Counted from the stretch's first letter, positions 11,601 through 26,730 are shown. The stretch: 64,000 nucleotides of DNA from Eledone cirrhosa (GCA_964016885.1 OZ024757.1:36270001-36334000), one strand, 5' to 3'. Translations and numbers: made by a program. Notes: generated by a model not told the origin, from the letters alone.

Positions 11601-13039
11601 GTAGGTCATTGTATTTTGTATATCTAATGATATATGGTTCCTTTATGAATAAATATTTGAAAGCTTTTTAGCTATGAATTTTAGAAGCTGGTGGGTAGCA
11701 TCATCTAGCAAATTTCAGCAGAAGCAGGTGAGAATTGTGTTCGTTTCTAGCTGGTGCCATTACCCAAATAGTGCTCCCCGACCCTGCTCTCTGCTGGAAA
11801 TCAATATAGGTGAAAACGTTTAGTTTCTATGCCTATGTACATGGACTGATTAGCCTCATTTAGCTGATGGCCAGCTCGGCCTGAAAATAGAATTAAAATT
11901 TTCACTCTGGGAAAGCTGTATACATATAAGTATATGAAAGTATTGTTCATCTACTGAAGGTAGGGTGCTAGAGGTGGGCAAACATTAAGACCCCTTCTTT
12001 TAGATATGTGATCTGTAGCTGGGCTCTGTCATTAGATCTCCTGTTCAATCCCACTGTGTACCATCTCTGTCAAATGTCATTTACCATTGCCTTGGGTCAA
12101 CCTGTACTTTGTCAGTGAAATTAGGTAGACAGAAACTGTTTGGAAGCCTGGCTGTGTACTTGAAAGGGCCGGTCTTGTCACACACTGTCACACTGAGAAT
12201 TACATTAAGGGTACACGTGTCTGTAGAATATTCAATCACTTATATTAATACAAGATGGACCATACCTGTAATTCATAGGGCGAGTCTCTTTGTCACACAC
12301 TGTGTCATACTGAATAATGAGAATAATGTTAAGGGTGCACATGTTTGTGGAATGGAGAGCTATTTACAATATAATGCAAGATGGACTGCACAAATCATTG
12401 GTCACACACTCTGGCATGCTGAATCTCTCTGAGAATTATGTTAAGGATGCACGTGTCTGTGGAATACTCAGCCACTTATTCTCTATAATACAGGATGGAC
12501 TGTACTTGTAATTGAAAGGGCCTGTCTTGTCACACTCTCACATGCTGAATCTCCTTCAGACTTTTGCTCTTGGAACTCCTCTTCATTCTATTATCATCAT
12601 CATCAGTTTTATGTCCATTTTTCCACATTTACATTGGTTGGACATATCGTTAATTTTTGGGTGTATATATTTACTTAAAAAATCTTTTCAGATTTTTATG
12701 TGAGAAAGTTCTCTTAAACTTTGCTTCAAACTCTAACTTAACATTTTTGTTACCATATTTCTATTGAAAGATGCTGCCTATGGTTTTTTTTTTATATATC
12801 TTCTTTGGCCGCCACATATTCCTGAGAGGGTCAGGAGAGGCAGTCCTCAAATACTCGTTCTAGCGGGTCCTATCAGAAGCAACCAAATATAAGCTGACCC
12901 CTATTGTCAGAGAAACAGGCAAAAATCCAAACCCCATTTATAAGCCAAGGCACCTAATCAACACATTATGTTTAGATGATGCGATATTAAAATTCTCATA
13001 AGTGGAGAATATATTTATGAAGTTTTAATATTTTGATAT

Positions 13040-13265
13040 TTAACCCTTTAGCATTCACATTACTCTATATATACTATTATATTTTCATGGTAAAGGCTTT
13101 ACTTCACATAATTATCTCATATAATATTGAATCTATGAGATTTTGAAAGTATTTATTTTGAAAACAATACCTTAACATCAGTTTGAGTGACCAGTTACAG
13201 CCAGTTTCAACAGAAAGAGGTAGTGATTTTGGCCATTTTGGACGGTTTGAACACAAAAGGGTTAA
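13040..13265. mobile_element. piggyBac-like MITE
   Basis: TTAA|CCCTTT...AAAGGG|TTAA; inverted homologue at 60477-60689. Confidence 0.7.
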
Positions 13266-13686
13266 AATATTTTTGTTTCACAACTCCATTATGTAATGAC
13301 TTTTTACCAATTCCAAATCATTTTGAAGGTCATATTCAATACACATAAAAAACAATTGGAAATATGAATTTCATGTCACAAACAAAGCTAGTGTAATATT
13401 CACCTCCAAAGTGAAACGGGTGTAATAATTACCTAGAATTTTGAAGTTGGTAAAAATCACCAGAATATTGACCTCGAATATAAGTTGACCCACCCCATTT
13501 TACCATCAATTTATTTTGTTTCATATTTCTCACCTTATATTCGAATATATATTGTACTATAATAGAACTAGGAGCAGTTTGGTATATCAAAAAAAGTTAA
13601 AAATGGCAAAGTTATTTGACTATCCTCAAAAACTGTTGGCTATATTTAGACGCAACACACTTTCAGGCATATTTGTTATTTTGTAG

Positions 13687-13791
13687 AAAGAAGAAGCGGA
13701 GAAAAAAGCCAAAGAGGAAGCAGAGCGGCTTGAGAAGGAGCGGATAGAAAGAGCAAAGAAGGAAGAGGAAGAAAGGCTCGCCAGAAAGAAG
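13687..13791 (+). CDS. MAP7: MAP7-like exon
   Basis: ttgtag|...AAG|gtatgc; KEEAEKKAKEEAERLEKERIERAKKEEEERLARKK; 105 nt, phase 0/0. Confidence 0.9.
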
Positions 13792-14895
13792 GTATGCTCT
13801 ATCTTTATTATTACCAGTTGTAGGTTGGCTTTTCCTTTGGACAGAAACACATGTTGATAAACTCGTCGGTGTAGTGACAAAATTCTATCTATCTATATAT
13901 CTTTTACACACACACACACACACACTCTTTCTCACTGTATTTCTCTCTCAATAACAACAACCTGTCATTATAGTGAAAGTTTTTTTTAATGTCTGTGTTG
14001 CATTGTTGGACACAGACACACACGCACACACACAAACAACCAAAAAACTCAGTATTCTTTTCATTTGTTCGCATGTTATGTTTTAGTTAGAGGGGGGGGG
14101 GGGGTCGAGTAGTATTTCCCTCTCTATAGTGTGATGGAAGGACAGACAGACAGCGTTCTTATTATAGATTTAATAATCAAACAGGCCATTATAATCAATA
14201 AGAAAAAGTCATAAATAAATAATAGATTGAAAATCCACAAATCAGCTTGGCTACTATAATGACTCCACATGTGTATTTTAGACCAGAGAACACATTGAAC
14301 TTTTGTTTTGAACCGTTTTCGTTTTAACATTTGAAAAGAGGGAATTACCCTGAAATATCATGTTGGTAAAACATTAATTTGTTTTATTTGTCATTCTTTA
14401 CCTTTTATATATTTCTACTGCACTGTAGCAGCTTTCTGAAACTTAATCTGTCTCTTTTTTTTTGGGGGGGGTTCTCATGGAACCTCCGCAGAACACTGGT
14501 AGAACTTTGGGTGACTTTTATAGTTTCTTAAAAGTAAAGTGGCTAGCATTGCGCTCCATTCTTCCTTATTTGTCAACACAGGCCAAAAACAAACATAGCA
14601 TTTTGAAGTCAAGACAGGTTCATAACCCTGGATAAGAGGCCCATTTCAGATACTGTCATCTGAGCCTAGGACTCAAACGACTTCACTCAGTTTCCAAAAG
14701 ACCATTAGATAACACTATATCCAATATTGAAACACTGTATATATTCTAATATAAGCCGACCCCCCTCCCCCCCCCCAACACATACACACACCTATTTTAT
14801 GTCTGAGAAACGGGTAAAAATCCAAACCCCACAACCCAAGGCAATCAACACGTGTTTAGATGACGTATATAGTCCCCCAACCTACATTTCACCAT

Positions 14896-14930
<35 letters not shown>

Positions 14931-15175
14931 GCCACATTACCCTCAGCTTATATTCGAGTATATACAGTAATGTTCCTTTAAATTATGTCACTTTACTTTT
15001 TAAAAAAAATTAGTAATGGTACATCTGGTTTTGAAATAATGCTTTAAATTACTTTAATATCATAAAAATATTAAAAAAAAAACAATTGAAGTAAATAAGT
15101 TTGTTTTTTTTTATTTAATAATCTATGAAAATAATTTAATTATTATTTTTGTTTTTGTTTGTTTCTGGTGATCAG

Positions 15176-15235
15176 CGGCTTGAGATGATAATGAAGCGTG
15201 TCAAAACAGAAAGTAATGTTGTTGATGCTGTCAAA
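15176..15235 (+). CDS. MAP7: MAP7-like exon, end of MAP7 domain
   Basis: atcag|...|gtgagt; RLEMIMKRVKTESNVVDAVK completes ERLARKKRLEMIMKR, compare MAP7-family ERxERKKRLEEIMKR. Confidence 0.9.
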
Positions 15236-16379
15236 GTGAGTTTTTTTCTTCCTAATCTTCATCATTTCACATCTTTCTTCCCTGCTAGTAACTGTTACCA
15301 CCACCACTACACCACCATCACCACATCATTTCACATCTTTCTTCCCTGCTAGTAACTGTTACCACCACCATCGCCACTACACCACCACCACCACCATCAC
15401 CACATCATTTCACATCTTTCTTCCCTGCAAGTAACTGTTGGATCACAGACCAAGTCAGTACTTAGAGCTACTGTCTTCTCAAATAGGCTTGGAGGATGCA
15501 TCTCACACTCATTCCTGTGCTCTACCAAGTGCAATTTATCATGGCACCAACACTAGCAAGGTTATTATGTCTTTGACATTGCTGATAAGTTCTCCTGACC
15601 ATTTGTTTTGCAGGTTTTCTATGAGTATTTATAGATGACCCTAGGGGCATTGTCATTTCTAGCACAGCTGAAGGCTCCTTCTGTTCCTATTTATATATCT
15701 TATTGAAGGCACGTGGCCTGGTAGTTAAGGTTTTGGCTTCTCAATTGTATGATCATGAGTTTAAATCCTGGGCTATGTGTTGTGTCCTTGAGCAAGACGC
15801 TTTACATTATTCCAATTGAGTCAAAAACATGGTGCCAAGTTGTATTGGCTGTTGCCTTTCTCTTGGAAAACATAGGTGGCAGGGAGAGTGGAAACCACCA
15901 TGTTGAAAAGTTGAGCCTATATACTACCTTGTCATTTAGTCATTCCTTGAGAGTCTCTTGGTCAGTCTGTGAACTCTTCATTTAGTGATTTCATGAGAGC
16001 ATCTTGGTCAGTCTATGAACTGTTCAGCTGACCCTCATGTATATTAATGGCGTATTAAGGGTATTGACTCTGATTCATATACAGGGAAACCTCATTGACC
16101 CTCACTCATAAGGGTGGAACGATGTCAGTTTTAACTGATTGAGTTAACGTTTGATAACAGTTATGACTGTATCATCACCATTGCTTTTTATGGTCACTTT
16201 TCCATGTTAGGTCTTTTTGAGACAATGTTTTACAGCTAGATGCCCTTCCTAACACCAAATCTTTTATTAGCCTCTTACAAAATACATATACAATATTGGA
16301 ATTACCACTCTCATCATCACCATGTTCCTGTACCTGATGTAGCCAGTGAATGGGGTGCCACTCTAGATGGTTTTGCAGT

Positions 16380-16700
16380 CAATCGCCGCCACAGATCATG
16401 CCTAGAAGGGTCTCTGTGCTGTGACCAGTCCAGTTTTTCATGCTGTCAGACCAGGATTTTCTTTGACTGCCTCTCCTTTGCCCTCCCTCGACTGTGTCCT
16501 GAAGGATGGTTTTAGACAAGGAGTTGTAGTGGGGTGCATGACCATACCAGGCAAGCTTCCATCTGTTCACTATTGCAAGGAGTGATTCCTTTCTGCCAGC
16601 ATATGTAACTTGCTGCCTGACAAAGCTGTTTGTTTTGTGCTCCGTCTATGGGATGTGTCGCCGCAACCTTCTGAAGCACTTGTTCTGGAATGGCTGGAAA
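16380..16700 (-). mobile_element. RTE-type LINE 3' fragment
   Basis: RWKLAWYGH...LSKTILQDTVEGGQRRGSQRKSW. Confidence 0.75.
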
Positions 16701-16703
16701 TAT

Positions 16704-16740
<37 letters not shown>

Positions 16741-17748
16741 CAGTCCACACTGTAAATGTGGTTGGTGTTAGGAACGGCATCCAGCCGTAGAAACCAAGCC
16801 AAAATCAGTTCTGTGTGAGCAAATACGGTCCCTCGACCTGACCCCTCACAAAGAGACAGCCCGTCCTACCCATGCTAATGTGGAAGTTGGACGTTAAATG
16901 ATGATGATGATATGTACATCCACACTACACAGGATGACCTGGATCAAACTTGGTGATGCTGCTAGGGGGCAGAATTCTATTAGGCAATGAATTGTTTTGC
17001 TTGGTCCAGGAATCAAACCCATGACCTTATGAGCATAAATCCAACAGCCTAACCACTGATCCACAAGTCTTCACTCTGCTCTGCTGTTCTAAGTTTAAAT
17101 CTTGGACTACGTTTTATTAGAATCTTCTTCTTGCTCGATGGCACTGGGGTCTTCTGAGTTCAGTGATCCATGAGGTGTCATCATGTGAAGAACTGACCAG
17201 GTCTCCCAGTGCCCTCCATTGCTGGCAGACCTGTGCAAACCCCTCATCATCCTCCAAAGTGACACCAAGCCTCTGGAGATCTTCCTTAATCTCAGGCAGC
17301 AAATTGGCTGGGTCATTAAAACATCGGATGGAATGCTTTGTGGTATTCTTTCTGGCTCCCTTTTCTCTGAGTTCAAATCCTGCCGAAGTCAACTTTGCTT
17401 TTAATCATTTCAAGGTCAATAAAAAAAGTACCAGTCAAGTACTGGGGTTGATTCTTCCTCTATACTTCCATTCTCTCACTCTTTCTATACTTCTCTGGAA
17501 GAAATCTGCTGTAGTCAGACATGGAGAGGGATGGGTTCTGCCTGGTATAAAAATACCCTAGAAACACTGTATGACACTACAAGACCCCTACAACTCTATC
17601 AGGAGTTACAGAACAAAAAAAAAAATATATATTTTTCTCTCACTATGCTTGGCTGTGTGCTAAGTGAGACATCAATTGGGTTTTTGTTGTTGCTGTTGTT
17701 TTGTTTTTTCATGTTTTTATTTATTTTTTTTATTTTCTCTCTATGAAG

Positions 17749-18452
17749 GTTGAATCCGCATCCAAATCTGCTCAGAGTTCTCCAAGCCGAAGCAGCAATT
17801 CCTCAACAGAACTTTCACCTGATGAGCGCCCTGAGGAAACTCCGACAGTTCTCATTTCAGATGACATGAAAAAGGCTTCGTCACAGGAGGACATGCAGAA
17901 TATGGATGAAGAACGGACCGCAGCAAAGTTCAAATCTCCACTGTTGAAACAGTTGATGGACAAACGATTAGACGAATCCACTGGAGACGCAAACACAAAA
18001 TTCAAGTCACCAATCTTGCAGAATATTCTTGGTAAAAGCAAGACAAACCTAGGTAACAGGCTGCTCAAGACAGATTCCTTGGAGAAGTTGACGTCCAGCC
18101 AGGAAAGCTTGGACCAACCTTTTACCGAAAACAGACAGAAGAACGAAATTGATTCCGAGATGAACTTAGCCGAAAACAGCCTGATGGACAAAGATAAATC
18201 TCAGAACAGGTTGTCTGTTTCTTTTGACCAGTCCATTGGTATGGATGATTCTGGTTTTGCTGACTCCAACGGCACTACTACTACAACTACTACTAAAACA
18301 CCACAGATAGTAGATGTAAATGGAACTAGTAGATGTGTAGAAGTAGGCAGTGAGTCTGCCGTTGGTAGTTTAGTCGACAATAATTTGGATAATAAAGGAA
18401 AGACAGCGGAACTAACTACTACTACTACTACAGTATCTGAAGAGGGTTCTTG
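17749..18452 (+). CDS. MAP7: MAP7-like large acidic/Ser-rich C-terminal exon
   Basis: long pyrimidine tract, aag|GTT, open 704 nt (VESASKSAQSSPS...VSEEGS), TG|gtaagt; phase 0 to 2. Confidence 0.85.
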
Positions 18453-18741
18453 GTAAGTTAGGCTTTAAACATTGAAGGCAGTTTTTGGTTTTCGTCCATT
18501 GTTGTTCACAATGCTTTTGATGTTATGTTATGTGATCTAATGTGTGTGTGTGTACATACTTCTAGCTCAGCATGTGTAAAGCATGCACACACACACACAT
18601 ACATTTATATATATATATATATATATAAAGGCAAACACACATACACACTGGTGTCATATACATTTGGTGTGTGTGTGTGTGCATGCATACACACATATAC
18701 TGGATATAAGAATATGGTGGTGCCATAAATGTATGATTTGT

Positions 18742-18793
<52 letters not shown>

Positions 18794-19508
18794 TCTCTTA
18801 CACATACACACTCATACTCACACACATACATGCATTGAACATGCTGGTGTCACAACAGCACATGTGTGCATACATGCGCTCTTGTCTCAGCATATGTGTA
18901 AAGCATACAGAGACGCATGTACACTGGATGTTACGAGAGCATGTGATGTGTGTGTGTGTGTGTGTGCTCATATCAGCATATCTATAAAACATGCATCTAT
19001 ACACACATCATATAAGACACACACACACACTGAATGTAAGGCTGTTTTTATCACAAAAACATGCATTAAAAGGGGAGGTTTTAAATCCTGTGATCTGTAT
19101 AAAACACAACTAGTGTGTGTGGAATATATAACATTTCCCTGTTGGTGTTAAACTGCCCCCAAAACAACCTTTTGTTCTACAATACAAAACTTTTTGTTTT
19201 AAAGTGTTAATATTTATCTAGAATATATAAGAATCTGTGTTGCTATATTTTATATAAGAATCTGTGAGAAGTTTTGTTACAAACACCAGCTTATATTTCT
19301 AGATCCAAATTCTAGAATGCTTTTGAAACAATTTGAAAAACATAGGCAATGTATTTCATTAGAAATATGGTAATGAAAGGGTTAATTTGATTTCACAAAT
19401 TCTTCTAATTGAATCAATCACCATCATCATATTCATCATTTAATGTCTGTATTCCCTGCTAACAAGCATCTGACTCAGTTAAAAATATGAAACCCTTCGT
19501 GAATTTGC

Positions 19509-19586
<78 letters not shown>

Positions 19587-20100
19587 TTTATGAATAAAGA
19601 GTGAATGCTTTTTGTGTTCATACATAGTAATAGTTTCTTTTCACAAATAGAATACACATATAGACAAGGATGTATGTTGTTCTTCTCTTTCCCTCTTTGT
19701 TTCCTATTTCTCAGATCACTGCTATATTTTAAACTATATTTGTAGTGTTTCAGTAATGTTTTGAAAGATTTTATCGAAATAGTGACTTTATTTCAATCAT
19801 CATCATTTTCCCTTCTAGTGTTGGATGAGTTATCACTGGTCAAATCGGTATCTAATTGACGCTACTGACCTCTGAGAAGGGCAAAGGGCTGCGTTTTACC
19901 ACTAGTCTAAAATCTGTCTCTAGCCTGGAGGCTCATCAGCCTGGCGCTTATCCTGGTTTCCATGGCATAAAGCGACTGAGTACAAGATTCCCCACTGGAT
20001 AGGACACCAGCCCATTGCAAGATTAAACCCACAAATATTGCTGGTTCTAATTTTCAGCTGAGTATGCTGGAGTACACATTATTTTAAGTCTATTTAAGAT

Positions 20101-20270
20101 GGATTGGCAGTATCAGTAGAGGTCGGATGCTATGCTTTGCAGCATAGAGTTACGGTCTGAGTTCAAATCCCACCGAGGTTAACTTTGCCTTTCATCCTTA
20201 CAGGGTCGATAAAATAAAGTACCAGTAATACACTGGGATAATTGCTGGCCTTGTGCCCAAAAGAAACAAT
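20101..20270 (+). mobile_element. tRNA-derived SINE with Deu/Nin-type domain
   Basis: A-box tggcagtatcagtagag, B-box gagttcaaatcc, then gcctttcatcct...ggtcgataaaataaagtaccag. Confidence 0.8.
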
Positions 20271-20730
20271 TATTTTAAGTCTATTTTCCATGGGTTGAAC
20301 CACGTCGCTCAATACATTCCATATTTGGCATGGTTTCCACAGCTGGATTATGCCCTTCCTAACAACAACTACTTTACAGAGAGTACTCAGTGTATAATGC
20401 CATCACTAGAAACACAACTTGATTTCCTGCATCAGTAATCAGACCTCTACTCACTGCTGTTTCAGTTTATTTTATATATGTGTGTGTGTGTGTATGCATG
20501 CATGTATATGTGTATGTAATTTTTGTTAATGATCAAGTTTGGAATGGAATGACCCACAATTAAAGTTAGGTACTCAATCTGACACAAATTCTTTCTAAAG
20601 GAAACAGAAGCAGTTCTCTAAGAGTGGTTCAGTAAATTAATATATCCTGTTGGCTCACATAACTAGCACTTTTCTTATGGTCCTTACTGTAGAACCAGGA
20701 AATGTATCCAACATCTTCAACCATCTCAGT

Positions 20731-21115
20731 AACCCTTTCATTACCATATTTCTAATGAAAGACACTGTCTATGTCATTAACCCTTTCATTACCATATTTC
20801 TAATGAAAGACACTGTCTATGTCATTAACCCTTTCATTACCATATTTCTAATGAAAGACACTACCTATGTCATTAACCCTTTCATTACCATATTTCTAAT
20901 GAAAGACACTACCTATGTCATTAACCCTTCCATTGCCATATTTCTAATGAAAGACACTGTCTATGTCATTAACCCTTCCATTGCCATATTTCTAATGAAA
21001 GACACTGTCTATGTCATTAACCCTTCCATTACCATGTTTCTAATGAAAGACACTGTCTATGTCATTAACCCTTCCATTACCATGTTTCTTATGAAAGACC
21101 CTTCATTACCATATT
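20731..21115 (+). repeat. 48-bp minisatellite
   Basis: unit aaccctttcattaccatatttctaatgaaagacactgtctatgtcatt. Confidence 0.95.
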
Positions 21116-21129
21116 TTAATATATTTATG

Positions 21130-21201
<72 letters not shown>

Positions 21202-21781
21202 TCAAGATAAAAAGCACCCAGCACACACTATGTGGTTGGTGTTAGGAAGGGCATCCAGCTATAGAAATTCAGTTCTGTGTGAACAGAATACGGTCCTTTG
21301 ACCTGGATCTCTCACAACAGGACAGCCTGTCGTACAGATGCTAGCATGGAAAATGGGATTAAATGATGATGATGATATATATGAAGTAGGATGGAGCTCT
21401 ATGAACAATAAGGACGTGAGTTGGAACCCACTTAGTCCCTATGTAAATACTCTTAATAGACCTATTGTCCTTCAACTCCTATAGTAGCTACACCTCACGT
21501 TACACTCTGTAATGGTTTATCTGATCACAGGATTAATACATATATCAACTTTGATATTTTTTCTCCCCCAACCTTTGCTACCAGGCCTTCTTCCACAGTG
21601 CATGCAACCACCTGAAATTTGTGATTTTTTTTTTTTTTTTTTTTTTTTGGTTTTTTTTTTTTTTGTCTTGGGTGGGGTGGGGTGGGTGGGTTGTGAAATA
21701 TTCTGCTAAAAAAAATTAAAATAAAATAAAATTTAAATAAAACACACATACACACATATATATATATATATATATATGCAT

Positions 21782-21831
<50 letters not shown>

Positions 21832-22897
21832 ATTTATATAATATAGACAAAAAAAAATAAATATTTATAAAACATTTCATCAGTTCTTTTTTTTTGTGTT
21901 TACATTTTATAAATGTGTGTATAAATATGTATATAATTGTGTGTATAACCATGTGTTTAAATGTGTATATGCGTGTGTACAAAAGTATGTATGCATATGT
22001 GTGTAAGAGTGTGTGTGTATATATATTTATGTATAAGTGAGATATGAACCCCTGGTCTGCCTACAAGGTCAGTAACTCCGCTTCAGTATTCACTCTGTCA
22101 AAAAAATCCATCTAACTCTTGCTAGCAGGGAAAGTGGATGATACCGACACACATAGTTCAGCTTCGTTCTAATTTGGAGTTACTGCCCCACACATGGAAC
22201 ACGTTTCTCATACCTTCCATTTTAGGAATTGATGCAACAGCTGAATGCCCTTCCTAACAGCAACTGCAAAGTACACTTAAGAAAAACCTGTGTTGTTCCA
22301 CTTCACAGCACACAGAATAATAATGTGAAACTCTTTACCGCCATCCCCTCTCTTCCTAACTTTCTCTACTTCTCACTCTAACTTACTCTATTTTATTTTA
22401 TTGCCATTTTGATTTATTCTTGTTCTTATTTTCTTAAACATAAATAACATTTTTGTGATGAACATCTCATTCCTGAATTCTATGGCATGCTGGAAAGACT
22501 ACCTCAAACAATTTTAAGCTTCTGGAAGACATGTGGTAAATAATTAAGTATTACATATGATTGAACAATATGTATTGTAGTCAGCATATGTAGACTATTA
22601 TAATAGATAGAGAAACATATGTTAAAGCAAATAAATTCCTACTCTCCTTTCTCACCAAACTCTAAATATTTCTTGGTGCATTACTTGCTTACATTATGTG
22701 TGTATATATATATGCAAAGTGGTCATGGAGGTGCCACGGCAAAAAAGCACCCAGCACTCACTGTAAATGAGGTTCGTGTTAGGAAGGGCATCCAGCTGTA
22801 GAAATCAAGCCAGAATCAGTTCCCGTCCCACCCTTGCAAGCAGGGAAAAGCAGACATAAAAATGATGATGATGATGATATATAATATATATATATAA

Positions 22898-23125
22898 ACA
22901 AAGAAGGTGTGGTAAGATACTAGGTGGACCATAACACACTAGGATATTCGATACCTAGGGTAGTAGATTGGGTAATATGAAAAGAGTCAGGACCCCGACG
23001 GCTGAGTTGCAGCCGTGTCATCAGCTAGATCCGGACTAGTTCAGATTTAGCTGTCAAAACTAGTTCGAATCTAGCTTTTGTAACGGTCAGAGCTCAGTCG
23101 TCGGGGTCCTAATACTTTTAATATA
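22898..23125 (+). mobile_element. diverged fold-back element copy
   Basis: same unique arm (gtgtggtaag...ggaccataac...agggtagtag) and gaccccgacggc/gtcgtcggggtc stem. Confidence 0.6.
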
Positions 23126-23177
23126 TTTATATATATATATATATATCCTGAGCTGAAATACGATTCTCGCTAATTTA

Positions 23178-23239
<62 letters not shown>

Positions 23240-23314
23240 CATATATATATACATATATATATACATATATATATATACATATATATATACATATATATAT
23301 ACATATATATATAC

Positions 23315-23522
<208 letters not shown>

Positions 23523-23580
23523 TTACATATATACATATATTTACATATATATATGTATATACATGTGTATATATATATAT

Positions 23581-25428
23581 CATCATCATCATCATCATCA
23601 TTTTACGTCCGCTTTTCCATGCTCGCAAGGGTGGGACAGGCCTATTCAGCACACCATCTCTCCACTTGTCATGGTCCTTTGTCATCTCCACGATGAGCTT
23701 CAGCGATCTGAGGTCTGCTCTCACCACCTCAGCCTATGTTTTTCGTGGTCTTCCTCTACTACGTCTTCCTTCAACTGGCATTTCTTGGCATATATATATG
23801 TGTGAACGACCAAGCAAAGACGAGTTGAAAGAGAAACTGTTTATAAGAGGGATAAGTTGTGGTGTGCGGGAGAGAAGACTGCGTTGGTATGGACATGTGT
23901 TGTGCGTGGAGTATAACCGCTGGATAAAGAAGTGCCAAGAAATCCCAGTAGAAGAAGACCACGAAAATGTTTTGTCCTCTTTTCTACTCACCAACACTTT
24001 TGTCTGAGCTAGCTTCACTCTCGGTCCTCTTGATTCCAACTGCTGTTTCCTTCCATAGCCAGAATTTATTCTCTAGCTCCTCTACTGATTCTGCTATATG
24101 AACCAGATCGTCAGCATAGAGAAGTTCCCATGGACAGCCAGTCTTAAATTCCTCTGTTATGGCTTGGAGGACTATAATGAACAAAATCGGGCTGAGGACC
24201 GAATCCTGATGTACTCCTACTTGTATCTGGAATTCCTCACTAAACTCCATTTCTACCCTCACTTTACTGACAGCACTCCTGTACAAAGCTTTCACTGTCC
24301 TCACAAGCCATTCCTCAACACCCAGCTTCCTTAGGGACCCCAGATGACAGATCGGGGTACCCTATCAAAGGCCTTCTCTAGGTCAACAAAAGCTAAGTAT
24401 AGTGGCTTATTCTTCTCTAAGAACCTCTCCTGTAGTTGTGTCACTAAGAAGAGGGCATCTGTTGTACTTTTCCCAGGCACAAAACCAAACTGCATCTCAT
24501 CTAGTTTGACCCTTTCTCTAGTTAGTTGCGCTAATATCCTATCTGCCACTTTCGTGACTTAATCCATCAGTTTCATGCCCCTATAATTGCTCCTCTCCAG
24601 AGCATCCCCTTTACCTTTGTAGCAATTTATGAGAATACTGCTGCACCAGTCTTTGGGTCTGACACCGCCGTATAAAGCCTGATTGATGATGCGTGCAACC
24701 AGTTTAGTGCCTACATCCCCTAATGCCTTCAGCATCTCGGCAACTATCCCCAACGGTCCAGCGGCCTTACCATTTTTCATTTCCTTAATCACCTCTTGGA
24801 CCCTATATTCATCAATCTCAATAGCTGGTCCCTCTGTCAGATCTACTGGAGGTAATTTCTCTCTCTCCCATTCGTTCTCCACAGTCATCAGTCTCTCATA
24901 ATGACATTTCCAGGCTTCCTTTTTCTGATCCTTCGTGACACTAAGTACACCGGCATCATTCCGGACACATTTATCTCCAACAACATCCTGATTTTCACTG
25001 ACACACTGCCTTGCAATGCGGAACACTCCACGTCTCTGATCTTCTCATTGCAGAACATTGGCAAACCTCCTACTCTCAGCCTCCCTGCGTGCTAAGTACA
25101 CTTGACGTCTAGCTTCTCTCTTAGCAGCTGTATATCCTTCTCTGCTCCCACCATTTTTCCAAGCATTCCATGCTAGTCTTTTGTCTCTAATGGCCCTATC
25201 TACCGTGCTGTTCCACCACCAGGTCACTCTCTGTCCGGTTGGAGCTCTGCTCCAGCCACAAGTTTCTTCAGTAGCCTGCAGTAAGTTGTCACGTAAGAAA
25301 TTCCAGCTATCTTCTTTTTCGTCATACACATCTTGAGGGGCTTTCATAATTTTGTATTTTAGTGAAAGGTCTTTTAAGTTCCAGACCTTTCTTTTCCACA
25401 CCTTCCTGTATGTTTCATTCCGTCTCTT
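23581..25428 (-). mobile_element. RTE-clade LINE remnant (RT region, frameshifted) with (CAT)n tail and an inverted internal piece at 23797-23965
   Basis: QFGFVPGKSTTDA, LAFVDLEKAFDRVPR, GVHQDSVLSPILF, LLYADDL. Confidence 0.9.
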
Positions 25429-25569
25429 GCTAAGTGCGATTGCTTGATGACGGTCGCGGGGTTCTCGCACATGGCCGCACCAGCCACCCCACTACCATGC
25501 GCAGCCCTAACATGGTTAGTGTTATTGCTGTTGATGCAGTTGTTGCAATTCTTATTTGTTGTGCTCATA

Positions 25570-26730
25570 ATATTGGTTGGATGCCCTTCCTAACACCAGC
25601 ACCACTTTACAGCATAGACTGGGTGCTTTTATTCGTGCCACCAGCACTAGGAAAGTTGTCTTACTGGACTCAGGGACCCTAACCACCCCTCCATTTTACA
25701 GCATAGACTGGGTGCTTTTATTCGTGCCACCAGCACTAGGAAAGTTGTCTTACTGGACTCAGGGACCCTAACCACCCCTCCATTTTACAGCATAGACTGG
25801 GTGCTTTTATTCGTGCCACCAGCACTAGGAAAGTTGTCTTACTGGACTTACACGACCTCATTAGTTTGGACTGGATGTTGTGGTACCAACATAACTTTAC
25901 AGAGAAAGGGTGGTGTTGGTGAGAGTGGGAGGATGGAGTAGGGGTAGTGGGTTGGGGTGTATATTTGGTTAAGAGGTGCCTACTGACTGTAGGTTTCGCT
26001 TTGTACATAGGCAAGGCGGGTCTTCTGTATTACTGCGTGGCGCCAAAGATCTCGGTCCAGTGACTTTGTCTTAGAGAGGTGCAAGTGTGTAAGACCGGAA
26101 TTTATCAAATCGTCCCAGGTTTTTCTGGGTCTACCTACTCCGTAACTTCCATCAATTTTGATTGCCCTGCACTTTTTTATACAATTGTTGTCTTTCATGC
26201 GCATCACATGACCATAACAACGTAGTCTTCTCTTAAGTAAACAGCATCTGATCCCTCTTATTCCTAATTTCTCACTTAGTTCATTTATGTTTTGCCGTTC
26301 ACGTATATTACTATTACTCATCCAACAGAGCATACATGCTTAGTTCCTTTCCTGTCTGCGCAGGTCCTCTACACACAATGCCCATGTCTCACTGCCATGT
26401 AACATTGCTGTTCATATACAGGCATCATACAATCTGCCTTTCATTTTCAGAGAGAAACCTTTTGTGGCCAACAGCGATATAAGCTCTCTGAACTTTTTCC
26501 ATCCCGTTCTAACTCTGGCTACTGTACTTTCAGAGCACCCTCCACCATTGCTGATTTTGTCACCCAGGTAACGGAAAGTGTCCACTATTTCTATAGAACC
26601 ATCTGGGCAATAGACGGAGCTAGTATCCTGTGGGCACTTGCTACTTATTGCACCTGAGCACCGGCCACATATAAAAATCTACGTTCTTAGATAGTTTACC
26701 TGTGATCCCACTACATCTTTTACATTTGGG
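25570..26730 (-). mobile_element. RTE LINE 3' fragment with tandemly triplicated ~71-bp 3'UTR segment
   Basis: RRLRCYGHVMR...GRPRKTW; near-identical to 54540-55280. Confidence 0.85.

Noticed and set aside
20101-20180. tRNA gene (A/B boxes)
   Set aside because: Head of a multi-copy SINE; no complete cloverleaf
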